Shown here: positions 1-12,277 of the stretch, piece after piece | How positions within the stretch are numbered: position 1 is the first letter of the stretch | Layout of the letters: the number at the start of each line of letters is the position of its first letter | NCBI GenBank assembly: GCA_964016885.1 | Contig: OZ024743.1 | Coordinates: 26,598,001 to 26,662,000 of the forward strand | Length of the DNA: 64,000 nt | Origin: Eledone cirrhosa | Lineage: Eukaryota | Reading direction: 5' to 3' | Notes under the pieces: model-generated | Databases searched by the model: none | Told to the model about the DNA's origin: nothing | The model's input: only the letters and a program-made list of their open reading frames with translations | Translations under genes and position numbers: made by a program

Positions 1-241
1 GTATATGTATATGTATATGTATATATATGCATATGTATATGTATATGTATATATATATATGTATATGTATATGCATATATATATGTATATGTATATATAT
101 ATGTATCTGAATATGTATATGTATATATATATGTATATGTATATATATATGTATATGTATATATATATATGTATATATATATGTATGTGTATATATATAT
201 ATATATGTATATATATGTATATATATATATATATGTATATG

Positions 242-272
<31 letters not shown>

Positions 273-285
273 GTATATGTATATG

Positions 286-316
<31 letters not shown>

Positions 317-350
317 GTATATGTATATATATGTATATGTATGTATATGT

Positions 351-382
<32 letters not shown>

Positions 383-395
383 GTATATATATATG

Positions 396-426
<31 letters not shown>

Positions 427-427
427 G

Positions 428-482
<55 letters not shown>

Positions 483-880
483 GTATATGTATATATATAT
501 GTATATGTATGTATATATATATATGTATATATATATGTATATGTATGTATATATGTATATGTATGTATGTATATATGTATGTATATATATATGTGTATGT
601 ATGTATATATGTGTATGTATGTATATATATATGTGCATGTATGTATATATATATGTGTATGTGTGTATATATATATGTGTATGTATGTATATGTATGTAT
701 ATGTATGTATATGTATGTATATATATATGTATGTATATATATATGTATATGTATGTATATATATATGTATGTATATATATATGTATATGTATGTATATAT
801 GTATATGTATGTATATATGTATATGTATGTATATATGTATATATGTATATGTATGTATATATATAATATATATATATATA
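1..880. repeat. (TA)n/(TATG)n microsatellite array
   Basis: Direct reading. Confidence 0.98.
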
Positions 881-975
881 TAGTGTGTATTTTGCAATAC
901 AGTGCATGCTTAATTAAAAGCATTTCGAAGACCTTACGCTATTGATTTAGAATAGTGAGAGTCTCACTTACTTTA

Positions 976-1070
976 ATTTTCAGCAAACAGGGGAGATATA
1001 GCTCACAGAGCTCTGTTTCGCACTTTTTGGTACTTATCAAAACTCACTACTCCACCTGTTTGCTGAAAAT
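976..1070 (-). ncRNA. Second copy of the same hammerhead, cleavage triplet mutated to GUG (probably inactive)
   Basis: Minus strand: AGTT-TTGATAA-GTAC-CAAAAA-GTGC-GAAACAGAGCTCTGTG-AGCT, closed by the 16-bp stem ATTTTCAGCAAACAGG/CCTGTTTGCTGAAAAT. Confidence 0.7.
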
Positions 1071-1342
1071 CATGAATGTTTGATTCTTATAGATTTCCAA
1101 TAATAATCAGGAACTGATTATACAGAGCGGTTGCCGGTCAAGCAGAAATTGAAAATTAGAATTGGTGCTCTGAAATAGCGATATATATATGAATGTATAT
1201 ATAGTGTATTTTTCAATACACTGTATGCTTAATTAAAAGCATTTCGAAGACCTTACGCTATTGTTTTAGAGTAGTGACAGTCTCACTTACTTTAATTTTC
1301 AGCAAACAGGGGGAGATAAAGCTGACAGAGCTCTGTTTCGCA

Positions 1343-1421
1343 CAAACAGGCGGAGTAGTTAGCTTTGATAAGCACCAAAAAGTGCGAAACAGAGCTCTGT
1401 CAGCTTTATCTCCCCTGTTTG
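1343..1421 (+). ncRNA. Type I hammerhead ribozyme, U3-A8 variant, GUC cleavage after 1401 (predicted)
   Basis: Stem I CAAACAGG/CCTGTTTG, GGAG/CTCC, AGCT/AGCT; core TTGATAA 1365-1371; stem II GCAC-CAAAAA-GTGC; GAAA 1386-1389; stem III ACAGAGCTCTGT; C17 at 1401. Confidence 0.82.
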
Positions 1422-1589
1422 CTGAAAATAAAGGTCTTCAAAATGCTTTTAATTAAGTATAGTGTATTGCAAAATACACTATATATACATTCATATATAT
1501 GCATTACCGGCTAACCCATGCTAGCGTGGAAAACGGACGTTAAACGAAGATGATGATGATATATCGCTATTTTTTCAGAGCACCAATTC

Positions 1590-1692
<103 letters not shown>

Positions 1693-1889
1693 TTCATAAA
1701 CCTATATATGTATATATATATATATGTATGCATGTGTCAGATGTACATGTGCGTTAAGTGTGTCTATATATACGTAAATGTTTATATGGGTGTGTAGATG
1801 TATATATATATTTATGTGCATAGGGTTTGTAAAAGTTATGTTAGAAGTCTCTGTAATGGTATACATGATTGTATGCATGTGTTGAGAAT

Positions 1890-2056
1890 GTTGGTGGTCC
1901 CTAAGGAAACTAGGCATAGAGGAATGACTTGTGAGGACAGTGCAAGCTATGTACAGAGGAGGTGTCAGTAAAGTGAGAGTAGGAATGGAGTTTTGTGAGG
2001 ATTTCCAGATACAAGTAGGAGTTCATCAGGGTTTGGTCCTCAGCCCACTCTTATTC
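1890..2056 (+). mobile_element. RTE-clade LINE reverse transcriptase fragment
   Basis: Translates WWSLRKLGIEE*LVRTVQAMY...VGVHQGLVLSPLLF; homologous to 2900-3000. Confidence 0.85.
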
Positions 2057-2295
2057 ACAACACACAAAAACAGGATGGTTTAGGACAGAACAAAGGAGAG
2101 ACACAAAATAAAAACCTAGTCACTGAGGAGGTCACAGAATATGTGACAAAAGAGCTTTGACAATATATAAACAACCATCCGGTTATCGATCCAGCCACCC
2201 AACCGGAAATTTATGATAAATTGAAGTGAAAACTAAAAGGTGCGTGTGTTTTTATTGGCAGCATGACACTCCCAAAGTATAAAGATATATATATA

Positions 2296-2630
2296 TCATC
2301 ATCATTTAATGTCTATTTTTCCTTGCTTGCAGGGTCAGACCGGTTGTCAAGTTATGAGACAAGTTGCGTCTGGAGACCATGTCATGCTCATATGGATCTG
2401 TATTCTGGCTTGGTTTCTACAGCTAGATGCCCTTCCTAATGCTCACCACATTACAGTGTGGACTGGGTGCTTTTTATCGTGGCACGAAAATGACCATCTA
2501 ACAGGGTGGACTGGGTGCTTTTTGTTTTGTCACCAACACGACAACCTTACAGGGTGGACTGGGTGCTTTTTCTTGTGTCAGCAACATGATCATCTTACAG
2601 GATGGACTGGGTGATTTTGTTGTGGCATCA
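2296..2630 (-). mobile_element. RTE-related 3' end with ~47-bp internal tandem repeats
   Basis: (ATC)n tail, tttctacagctagatgcccttcctaa motif, four ttacag.gtggactgggtg repeats. Confidence 0.7.
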
Positions 2631-2897
2631 GATCAGAATGCATGGTGGACTTTGTTCTTTTTGTAATGGCATATATAGCTATCTGTCTAATATAGAAATG
2701 ACTTCATATGAAATCATCCTGATGATTTCATACTGAAGATCTCATACAAATGAAACTGTTCTAGTCCTGTAGAAGTCAATTCTATATAAAATAAAGATGC
2801 TTATATTCTACCAATGTATTGAGTACCTTCTTTAACTGAATTCACTTCCTGATCCCCTTCTGGAATCTACCTATTATAATATATATATATATATATA

Positions 2898-4031
2898 GGT
2901 ACTGTCAGTAAAGTCAGGGTAGGAATGGAGTTTAGTGAGGAATTCCAGATACAAGTAGGAGTACATCAAGGTTCGGTCCTCAGCCCGCTCTTGTTCATTA
3001 TAGTCCTCCAAGCCATAACAGAGGAGTTTAAGACTGGATGTCCATGGGAACTTCTCTATGCTGACGATCTGGTTCTTATAGCAGAATCAGTAGAGGAGCT
3101 AGAGAATAAATTCTGGCTATGGAAACAGCAGTTGGAAGCAAGAGGACTGAGAGTGAACCTAGCTAAGACAAAAGTGTTGATGAGTAGAAAAGAGGACAAA
3201 ACTCTGATTCCGTCAGAGAAATGGCCGTTCGATATGCAGAAAAGGAACTGGCATAAATTCTATAACATGCACACAATGCAGATCCTGGGTACACAAGAGA
3301 TGTAGCGGGATAGCAGGCAAACTAATAGGTAGGGAGAAATACGTATGCAGTAGATGTACAGGGAAATTAGACAGTAGAAGTCGCATTGATAGACACATTT
3401 TTCAAATGCAGGCGGGTGCTATAGAAGTAGCTTCCGGTACCTAGATCAGATTAACATGGGAAGGGGTGTTCCGAGGCCATAGTATCTAGAATAAGGACGG
3501 ATTGGAAGAAGTTTAGGGAGCTGCTTCCTCTGCTGACGAAGAAGGGTTTCTCCCTGCATACGAAAGGCCGTTTATATGATGCCTGTGTGAGGAGCGTGAT
3601 GCTGCATGGTAGTGAGACATGGGCAGCAACTGCAGAGGATATGTGACGGCTGGAGAGAAATGAGGCAAGCATGCTCCGTTGGATGTGCAGTGTCAATGTG
3701 CATGAACGACCCAGCATGAATGTGTTGAGAGAGAAACTGTCTGAGAGGGATAGAATATAGTGTGCGAGAGAGGAGACTGATGTGGTATGGACAGTTGAAG
3801 CGCATGGAGGATGACCGCTGGGTGAAGAAGTGCCAGGAAATGCCAGTTGAAGGAAGACGTGGTAGAGGTAGACCACGAAAAACATGGGCGGAGGTGGTGA
3901 GAACAGACCTAAGATCGCTGAAGCTCACGGTGGAGATGACGAAAGACCGTGACAAGTGGAGAGATGCTGTGCTGAATAAGACCCGTCCCACCCTTGCAAG
4001 CAGGGAAAAGTGGACATAAAATGATGATGAT
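2898..4031 (+). mobile_element. 5'-truncated, decayed RTE LINE
   Basis: GVHQGSVLSPLLF, ELLYADDL, LHGSETW, RGRGRPRKTW motifs with frameshifts and stops; ends gcagggaaaagtggacataaaa(TGA)n. Confidence 0.93.
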
Positions 4032-4112
4032 ATATAGTTGCTGTAGGGTTGCAGGTAAATGTGTCTGTAGGCGGTATGCCATTTGAGCACTCAATGCTCA
4101 CGCAGAGCAGAG

Positions 4113-4273
4113 TAAAGAACAAGGAATCAGTGTTGCATCAAATCACAATTTATTAACATATTACTTATGTGTCTCCGTCGATCAGCTCGAGGCAACATCT
4201 GTTACAGATCGAACCCGTAATGTAATATGTTAACAAATTGTGATTTGATGCAACACTGATTCCTCATTCTTTA
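4113..4273. repeat. Foldback palindrome, ~52-bp arms, 57-bp spacer
   Basis: 4113-4164 is reverse-complementary to 4222-4273 with a few mismatches. Confidence 0.85.
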
Positions 4274-4592
4274 TAATATATATATATATATATCATCATC
4301 ATCATCATCATCATCATTTAACGTCCATCTTCCATGCTTGCATGGGTTTGACAGGTTTATCCCATTTAGAGGCAATTTGGGTCAGGTGACCGTGTCTTGC
4401 TCATATAGGACCGTTTCTGGCTGGTTTTCTACGGCTGGATGACCTTTCTAGCGTCAACCATATATATATAGAGAGAGTGACAATAAGAAGTCATAGAGAT
4501 GTCAACATGAATGGACCTGTTATTTTTATCTAAAGACATTTTTTCCAACTCCAACCTGCCCGTCCCCTCAATCTATTTTATTTCTGATTCTT

Positions 4593-4628
4593 TCTTCTGA
4601 TGAATGACTAGCGTCCGAAACGTTAAGA
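4593..4628 (+). ncRNA. Degenerate minimal type I hammerhead
   Basis: TCTT-CTGATGA-ATGACTAGCGTCC-GAAACGTT-AAGA; stem I TCTT/AAGA, palindromic stem III ACGT, GUU site, weakened stem II. Confidence 0.5.
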
Positions 4629-4731
4629 CCCTCTTCCTGCTATATCAAGCGTTAACCTAATATATCCTTTCCATGTACTGTACCGATTGTGTTGTTATTT
4701 CTGTTTACCTTTTACATACATATATATATAT

Positions 4732-5818
4732 ATGTAGGAAAGGTGTATGTAGGAACTCCATTCTCTGCCCCAAATGCAAACAATGGGTACACAAGAGATG
4801 TAGCGGGATCTCAGGAAGCTTAATTAAGAATGTTGGCTTCACATGTAGCAGCTGTGCTGGGGCAGCAAACAGCCACAGGAAACAAGTACCACCAATCTCT
4901 GGGAGGGCTCTGTAGAAACAGTAGACAGCTTCTGCTACCTAGGTGACCAAATTAGCAGCGGAGGTGGGTGTTCAGAAAGTACAATAACTAGGGTAAGAAC
5001 GGGATGGAAGAAGTTCAGGGAACTACTGCCACTGCTAGCTGCAAAAGGCTTCTCCCTTAAAATGAAAGGCAGACTGTATGATGCATGTATCCGAACAGCA
5101 ATGTTACATGGTAGTGAGACCTGGGCGCTGAAGGTGGAAGACTTACGTAGATTAGAAAGAAATGAAGCCTGCATGCTCCGATGGATGTGTAATAGTAATA
5201 TACGCGAACGGCAAAGCATAAATGAATTGAGCGAGAGACTGAGCATAAGAGGAATCAAATGCTGTGTGCAGGAGAGGCGGTTGTGTTGGTATGGACATGT
5301 GATGCGTATGAAGGATGACAGCTGCATAAAAAGGTGCAGAGCACTAGAAGTCAATGGAAACCGCGGAGTGGGGAGACCCAAGAAGACCTGGGATGAGGTG
5401 ATAAAAGCCGACCTTACCCAATTACACCTCTCAAAGGCGATGACACACGACCGTGACCTCTGGCGTCACACAGTAATACAGAGTACCCGATCTCCCATGG
5501 GTACAAGCTGAAGCATATAGACAATATGCCCCCACACCCTCCCACTACAAAGTGATCGTGGAGGTGCCACGGCAAAAAAGCACCCAGCCCACACTGTAAA
5601 GTGGTCGTGTAGGCGCCACGGCAAAAAAGCAGCCAGCACTCACTGTAAATGAGGTTGGTGTTAGGAAGGGCATCCAGCTGTAGAAATCAACCAAAATCAG
5701 TTTCCTGTATGATCAAGGCATGGTCAGCCGACCAGACACTGCCCACAACAGGACAACCCGTCTAACCCATGCTAGCATGGAAGAACGGACGTAAAACAGT
5801 GATGATGTTGATGATGAT
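4732..5818 (+). mobile_element. 5'-truncated RTE LINE (C-terminal region plus 3' UTR)
   Basis: CRKGVCRNSILC..CKQWVHKRCSGI, AMLHGSETW, GVGRPKKTW; 3' UTR with aggaagggcatccagc motif and (GAT)n tail. Confidence 0.92.
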
Positions 5819-6229
5819 ATATATACACACACGTAAATTGTTCTATATATGTTTCTGTGTATGTATATATATATATGTATATACATATATGTGTAAATGT
5901 ATGTATATTAATAATTTAGGATAATTGGAGTAGAGAGAATGTTTCCAAATATCATCTGTTGTGTATATGATGACATCTTGACCTTTTTAAATCTTGCTCA
6001 TGTTTTGTTAATAATAGTACTCTTACAAACTGTGTATGTGTGTGTCCAGTGTAGAAAACAACAACAGAACAATGCCAGCCACCATTCTGAATTACACTTA
6101 ATGTCACATTACTGCACATTTCTGTAAATTTCTGAATGGCATTTGTAGATTATAATATTTATCCTTCAATATGACCATCTCCTCCACCGCTACCACCAAC
6201 AGTACTACTTGATCTTTATTTCTACTGCT

Positions 6230-7054
6230 ACTGTCACTGCCACTAGTACCACCACCACCACTGCTGCAGCCACCAATATCACTACCAATACCATGACCAC
6301 CCCACCATCATCACCACCACTACTACCACCACCATCACCACCACCACCACTACCACCACCACCACCACCACTACCTACTGCAGCCACCAATATCACTACC
6401 AATACCATGACCACCCCACCACCACCACCACCAATATTACAACCACCAATATCACAACCACCAATATCACTACCAATACCATTACCACCCCACCATCACC
6501 ACCACTACTACCACCATCAATATCACTACCAATACCATGCCCACCCCCACCCCCACCACTGCAGCCACCAATATCACTACCAAAACCATGTCCCCGCCCC
6601 CCACCACTACTACAGCCACCAATATCACTACCAATACCATCCACCACCACCACTGCAGCCACCAATATCACTACCAATACCATGCCCACCACCACCACTA
6701 CTGCAGCCACCAATATCACTACCAATCCCACCCCCACCACCACTGCAGCCACCAATATCACTACCATGCCCACCACCACCACTACTGCAGCCACCAATAT
6801 CACTACCAATCCCACCCCCACCACCACTGCAGCCACCAATATCACTACCATGCCCACCACCACCACTACTGCAGCCACCAATATCACTACCAATCCCACC
6901 ACCACTGCAGCCACCAATATCACTACCAATACCATGCCCACCACCACCACCACTACTGCAGCCACCAATATCACTACCAATACCACTACCAATACCATGT
7001 CCCCCCCCCCCCCCCCACCACTACTACAGCCACCAATATCACTACCAATACCAT

Positions 7055-7084
<30 letters not shown>
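6230..7084. repeat. C/A-rich minisatellite, ~40-50-bp units (ccaccaccactactgcagccaccaatatcactaccaatac)
   Basis: About 15 copies of ccaccaatatcactacc. Confidence 0.95.
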
Positions 7085-7085
<1 letters not shown>

Positions 7086-8569
7086 ATGTGCAGGACCTAG
7101 TAGTATACTGTAACAGAATGCACAATGTCAACTCTTCAGATAGAAAGATATCCTCATGATTCAGCTTATTGATATGGTACTCAATGAATAGTGTGTTTTA
7201 CACAGAGGTGTGGTATTACTATGTATGCTTCACATAGAAATGAATTACTATATGTTTACTTAGAGAGAAGTGTATGATGTTCTATATGTATGCTTCATAA
7301 GGTAGTTAATTCAACAGACTTATCAGAGATTTAAATATTTGTTCCAGCTTTTTATGCTTTACGTTCAATCCTGCCAAGGTCTACTTTGCCTTTCATCCAA
7401 AATACCAGCCCAGTGTTAGTGCAGCCCTCTCACCTTGCAACTGCTACATTCTGAATGTTCCATTGGATTAAGGGAAGATCGAAAGGGTATCTGTGTCTAC
7501 TCATGACTGCATGGGCACCTAAAACCATTAGCAAAAGTATGGTACATACTACCAAGTTATATTCAATTGCAAGTGATGGTCAGAGTATGTATACATCATT
7601 CAGAGGTAATTCTTTGAAGATGTGTGCCCTATATACTGTGGCACAATAACAAATGTACCTCACACACAATAGAGAAAAAAATACAAATGTTCCTGACATT
7701 ATGGCAGGGTAGCAAATTGGCAGAATCATCAAGGCTTTCGATAGAATACCTTGCTTTTTGCACTCAATTTCAAATCCTACTGAAGTCAGCTTTGCTTTCA
7801 TTGTTTTGAGGTCAATAAACAAAGTACCAAAGTGGAGCAGAGGATTTCTGGAATAATTTCAGTATTAGACATATTGTTTTACAGTATCTATTCCGGCTCT
7901 GTTTTCAAATTCCACCTCCTGTCATCTGGTATCATGAAAGGAGTGGAGCTTCAATCATTAAAATGCTGGAGAAACTGGCCATGGAATGTGATATCATGAA
8001 AGGACTGGATTTTCTAATTAAATTTTCATTAAAATGCTGAAGGAACTAGCTATGGAATGCAACTTCATAGGGGGCTGGCTCAATTTACAATAGGTGTGAA
8101 CCATAATAACAATAACAACATACTATGGTAGGGTAACATGTACACTCTTTTACAAGGTGATGCAACATATGTAACTTTAACTGCTCTCCTCACTATATAC
8201 ATATCTCTCCTTCCTGAAATGACATATAAATATGTCTGATGACCCTGTGATAAACAGGTGAAACTCCAAAGTAACAAGACTCATTATTTAGCCTTGATAA
8301 AATGAATATATATATATAGTGAAAGAATGAAAAGTAACATGGTTGGCTGTACAATAAGGGGCTTTATTTCAAGTACTGACAATTGTTTCATTGATCAGGT
8401 GAGTCCAGAGGTCGCTAATCGCATATAACCTGCATAGGAATTACTGCGAACTCACTGCATAACTATGGAAGCATCTTGTTGAGTCAAACAACGCCGTACG
8501 TTAAAACTATCCATGACGCAGAGTACTCACAACCTCTAACTGGATTACCTATAACGATAACTTGTTATC

Positions 8570-8607
<38 letters not shown>

Positions 8608-8619
8608 AAGCATAAGCGA

Positions 8620-9152
8620 ACTAAGGAAAAAATTAGAAATAAGAGGGATCAGATGTTGTTTACTCGAGAGAAGGCTACGTTGGTATGGTCACGTGATGCA
8701 CATGAAAGACGACAGCTGTATAACAAAGTGCAGGGCAATAAAGATAGACGGTAGCTACGGAGTAGGCAGACCCAGAAAAACCTGGGACGAGCTGATAAAT
8801 TCCGACCTCAGACACTTACACCTCTCCAAGACAATGTCACTGGACCGAGACCTTTGGCGGTACTCAGTAATAGAGAAGACCCGCCTTACCTAAATACAAA
8901 GTAAAACCTACTCCAGCCAGTAGGCATCTCTAACAAAATACACCCCCGTCCCACCACCCCCGTCCCACCACCCCCACCCCATCCACACCGCCCCTTTCAA
9001 TGTAAAGTTATGTTGGTGCCACAACATCCAGGCCGAAACAAATGAGATCGTGTAGGTGTCACGACAAAAAAAAAACACACAGTCCACGCTGTAATGTGGC
9101 CGTGTAGGCAACACGGTAAAAACCTCCCAGCCCCACACTGTAAATGTGGTTG
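8620..9152 (+). mobile_element. RTE LINE 3' fragment
   Basis: DDSCITKCRA...GVGRPRKTWDE, same family as 4732-5818. Confidence 0.85.
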
Positions 9153-10085
9153 GAATATACCTTGGACTTGGATTCCTGCATCTTGTTGACTTTATTTATG
9201 TATTCAGCTTATCAATACATTTATTATTCCACTCTCATTATATATATATATATATTTCTCTATGCACTAACATATGAAAAAATAAAATTAAATGCACATT
9301 ATATATCCTACATACAGAGGTGAAGTAACATATGTACCATTGTTTAACTCTAGTTCAGCTCTGATTGATCAGACATATAATCAAAGGCATTCCAGTCATG
9401 ACCATTATGTCTTGAGGACTGCAATATTTAATGTGTCATACTATTTTTTTATGATGGTTGGATTGATTTCTAGTAGCTCTTTTGTTGGTCTTACGTACGT
9501 CACATACGAAAGTCTCATATGTACTCTTAAGTATCATGTATCAACGTAGCATTCAGTTTTTAGCTGGGTGTCATATCACATCACATTCCTTTGTTTTTTC
9601 TAAAGTTAAACACTTTAATCCATTAGATACCAACTAATTCACCTGAAGCTGCCTTTGGTTCTACATTACAAAATTGTTTGTTTTAAAATATTTATATTTG
9701 TATAAAAACCTTCCATCATAATTTTATATAAGAACATTTGTTATATTCCAAACACCAGCTTAATGATGAGAAAGCAAGTTATTTTACTAAATCCTTTCAT
9801 TTTCTTGATTATTTTCAAAACTATTTGAAAGTCAAAGGCAGTGTCTTTCATTAAAAATATGATAAAGCTCTAATATGTGATCCCTCTTTCACGAGATATT
9901 ATTTCAGGATATTGGCATATGAGGTAGAATATGCAATCTAGGTATTGGTTTAGTTGAAATGTTTTGGTCTTCAAAGTAGTGAATTGCATTTGTACTATTT
10001 ACCTGAGAAATTCCATGATGGAAGTATGTGTTTATAAATGAAATTCATCTTTGGAAATGTTAGTGTAATGTTATATCTGTTTATA

Positions 10086-10618
10086 GCTGTATAAAAAAAG
10101 TGCAAACCGATAGAAGCTACGGAGTGGGTAGACCAAGAAAAACCTGGGACGAGGTGATACAAAACTGACCTTGCTCACTTACACCTCTCTAAGACAATGT
10201 CACTGTATCAAGATCTTTGGCGCTATGCAAATTTACAGAAGACTCGCCTTCCCTTGCATACAAACTGAAACCTACAGTCAGTAGACTCCTCTTAACCGAA
10301 TATATGCCCCACCCCACACCCCCTACTCCATCCTCCCATTTCCGTCCACTGTAAGGTGGTCATGTGGGTGACACGACAAAAAGCACCCAGTCCACACTGT
10401 AAAGTGGTAGTGTAGGAGATATGGTAAAAAGGCTCCCAGTCCACACTGTAAATGTGGTTGGTGTTAAGAAGGGCATCCAGCCGTAGAAAACCTGCTAGAG
10501 ACAGTTCTGTATGAGTAAGATATGGTCACCCAACCAATCTCGCCTCAAGTGGGACAAAACCGTCCAACTCATGCTAGTGTGGAAGATGGACGTTAAACGA
10601 TGATGATGATGATGATGA
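10086..10618 (+). mobile_element. RTE LINE 3' fragment with complete tail
   Basis: GVGRPRKTWDEV-coding sequence, internal repeats, (GAT)n tail. Confidence 0.85.
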
Positions 10619-10704
10619 AATTAAACCTCTTTGTTATATTTCTAATGAAATACACTGCCTATATGTTTCAATTAATTTTGAAAATAATCAAAACTTTTAA
10701 TGCG

Positions 10705-11035
10705 TAGCTCGGAGATCAGAGAGTTACTCCAGGTAGAGCTGCTACTTCTCCGAATTGAGAGATCACAGTTCTGATACTATGGGTATGTGATTAGAATGTC
10801 TCAGGAAAGAATCGCTGGACAGATTTTACAGGCAAAACCATCTGCTAGGAGACCCAGGGGTAGACCCTGAGCAAGATGATTGGATAACATCCATGAGCTT
10901 GGCTGGTCACGTTTGGGGATCCAGCCAGATCAGTTGAAGACAGTTGCTTCTGACAGGACCTGCTGGAAGGAGTGTTTGAGGACTCTGCCCCCATGACCCT
11001 CTCAGGAATAAGTGGGCAAAGAAGAAGAAAGAAGA
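10705..11035 (+). mobile_element. Second RTE family (Expander/Rex3-like) 3' fragment nested in a MITE
   Basis: LLLRIERSQ..YGYV.RM...RRPRGRP; (GAA)n tail; MITE sequence continues on both sides (10621-11200). Confidence 0.7.
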
Positions 11036-11300
11036 CTAACTTTTTTGTTTTATTAGTAAACTGATGCTTGAAACATTACTTAACATAGATCTTTTACATA
11101 AAATTATGATGGAAGGTTTTAATAATGAACATTTTAAATTAGATAGTTTTCTACAATAGAACTGGGGCAATTTCAAACAGTTTTGTATCAAAAGGGTTCA
11201 TATATAGTTGTGTGTTGATTTTTTGGATGTTGATGTTTTTGAAGTTAGTTTATAATAATTAGTTATGATTTCTTGAAAATATCATCTATATCTTTTATAG

Positions 11301-11339
11301 ATTCAATGGACTAAACTGAAAACACAGCCCATCTGCCTG
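11301..11339 (+). CDS. BLTP3B: BLTP3 exon 1 of window (IQWTKLKTQPICL)
   Basis: tttatag acceptor, gtaagt donor, 39 nt, phase 0/0. Confidence 0.92.
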
Positions 11340-12194
11340 GTAAGTAACTGTGTTTGTGTATGTGTCTTGTTTTGTGTCTGTATGTATGAGTGTATATGAA
11401 TATTTATGTGTGTTAGTAGGTTTTTATGTATATGTCTATATATGGTATATGATCTTGTATAGATTTATATGCATATGTATTTGTGTGTTTGTGCGTGTAT
11501 GTATATTTTATTGGGTTTTATTGTCAGCTCTCTCACCTGATGCAATGTTTTTCTGTATATGCCACATTCCTGTTTGGTTTCTGAAAAACACAACATTTAG
11601 ATATATTTAATTTTAACAAGGTAATTCATATAGCTGTGGTAACTTTATAGTATGGAAGCATGACTGCCACATGTTTTAACCTCTTGACTGCCACAGTTGC
11701 TGTGCCAGAGTTTTGTTTTCAGTAAAATGACTATTTATTAACAACACATATCTGAATGATTGACAAATGTCATATCAATAAACTAGTAACCCCATCAAGC
11801 TTTGAAGTTATGAACTGTTGGAAAAGAGTTCAAACATGTTAGGATGAGTTATCTTGTCTACGACACTAAAGAGGTTAAGGTCATCTTCCCTGTGGGCTCC
11901 ATGGAAAGCTTCACACTCATCATGGGGGTCTTTTTGAAGTAATGTTCTACAGTCAGATATTCTTTCCTGGCATCAATCCTTTTAGTCACCTAAATCATAT
12001 ACCCACAGCATAGTATAGAAAAGAATACTAAACTGTAGAAATGGAAGTTGCTAGATATAGCAAATCAGATGAGTACGGATGGGTTAGGAGAAAAATTACT
12101 GCTAATACAAGCTTGATCTTTTTGTCTGTTGCAAAAGTACAGCTATATATGGTTACCTTTTCTCAAAGTTGATGTTCTTTCTTGTAAATTCTAG

Positions 12195-12277
12195 TACCTG
12201 GATGAAGTCGTTTTGGAAGTAGAAACATGTGAAGAACCAAGATCTCCAAACAATCCACAAATGCCGACAAATGTCAG
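12195..12277 (+). CDS. BLTP3B: BLTP3 exon 2 (YLDEVVLEVETCEEPRSPNNPQMPTNV)
   Basis: ttctag acceptor, gtgag donor, 83 nt, phase 0/2; matches LDKV.VEM.TCE.PR.PN. Confidence 0.9.

Noticed and set aside
6230-7084. CRISPR-like repeat spacing
   Set aside because: The intervening sequences are (CCA)n variants, not unique spacers; eukaryotic context with no cas genes.
6205-7159. Pro/His/Thr-rich ORFs resembling extensin or mucin
   Set aside because: Minisatellite open in all three + frames and on the minus strand; no splice context or signal peptide.
8360-8400. Minus-strand GAAACAATTGTC followed by AATAAA, like the 3' half of a hammerhead
   Set aside because: No CUGANGA found upstream; at most a deleted remnant.
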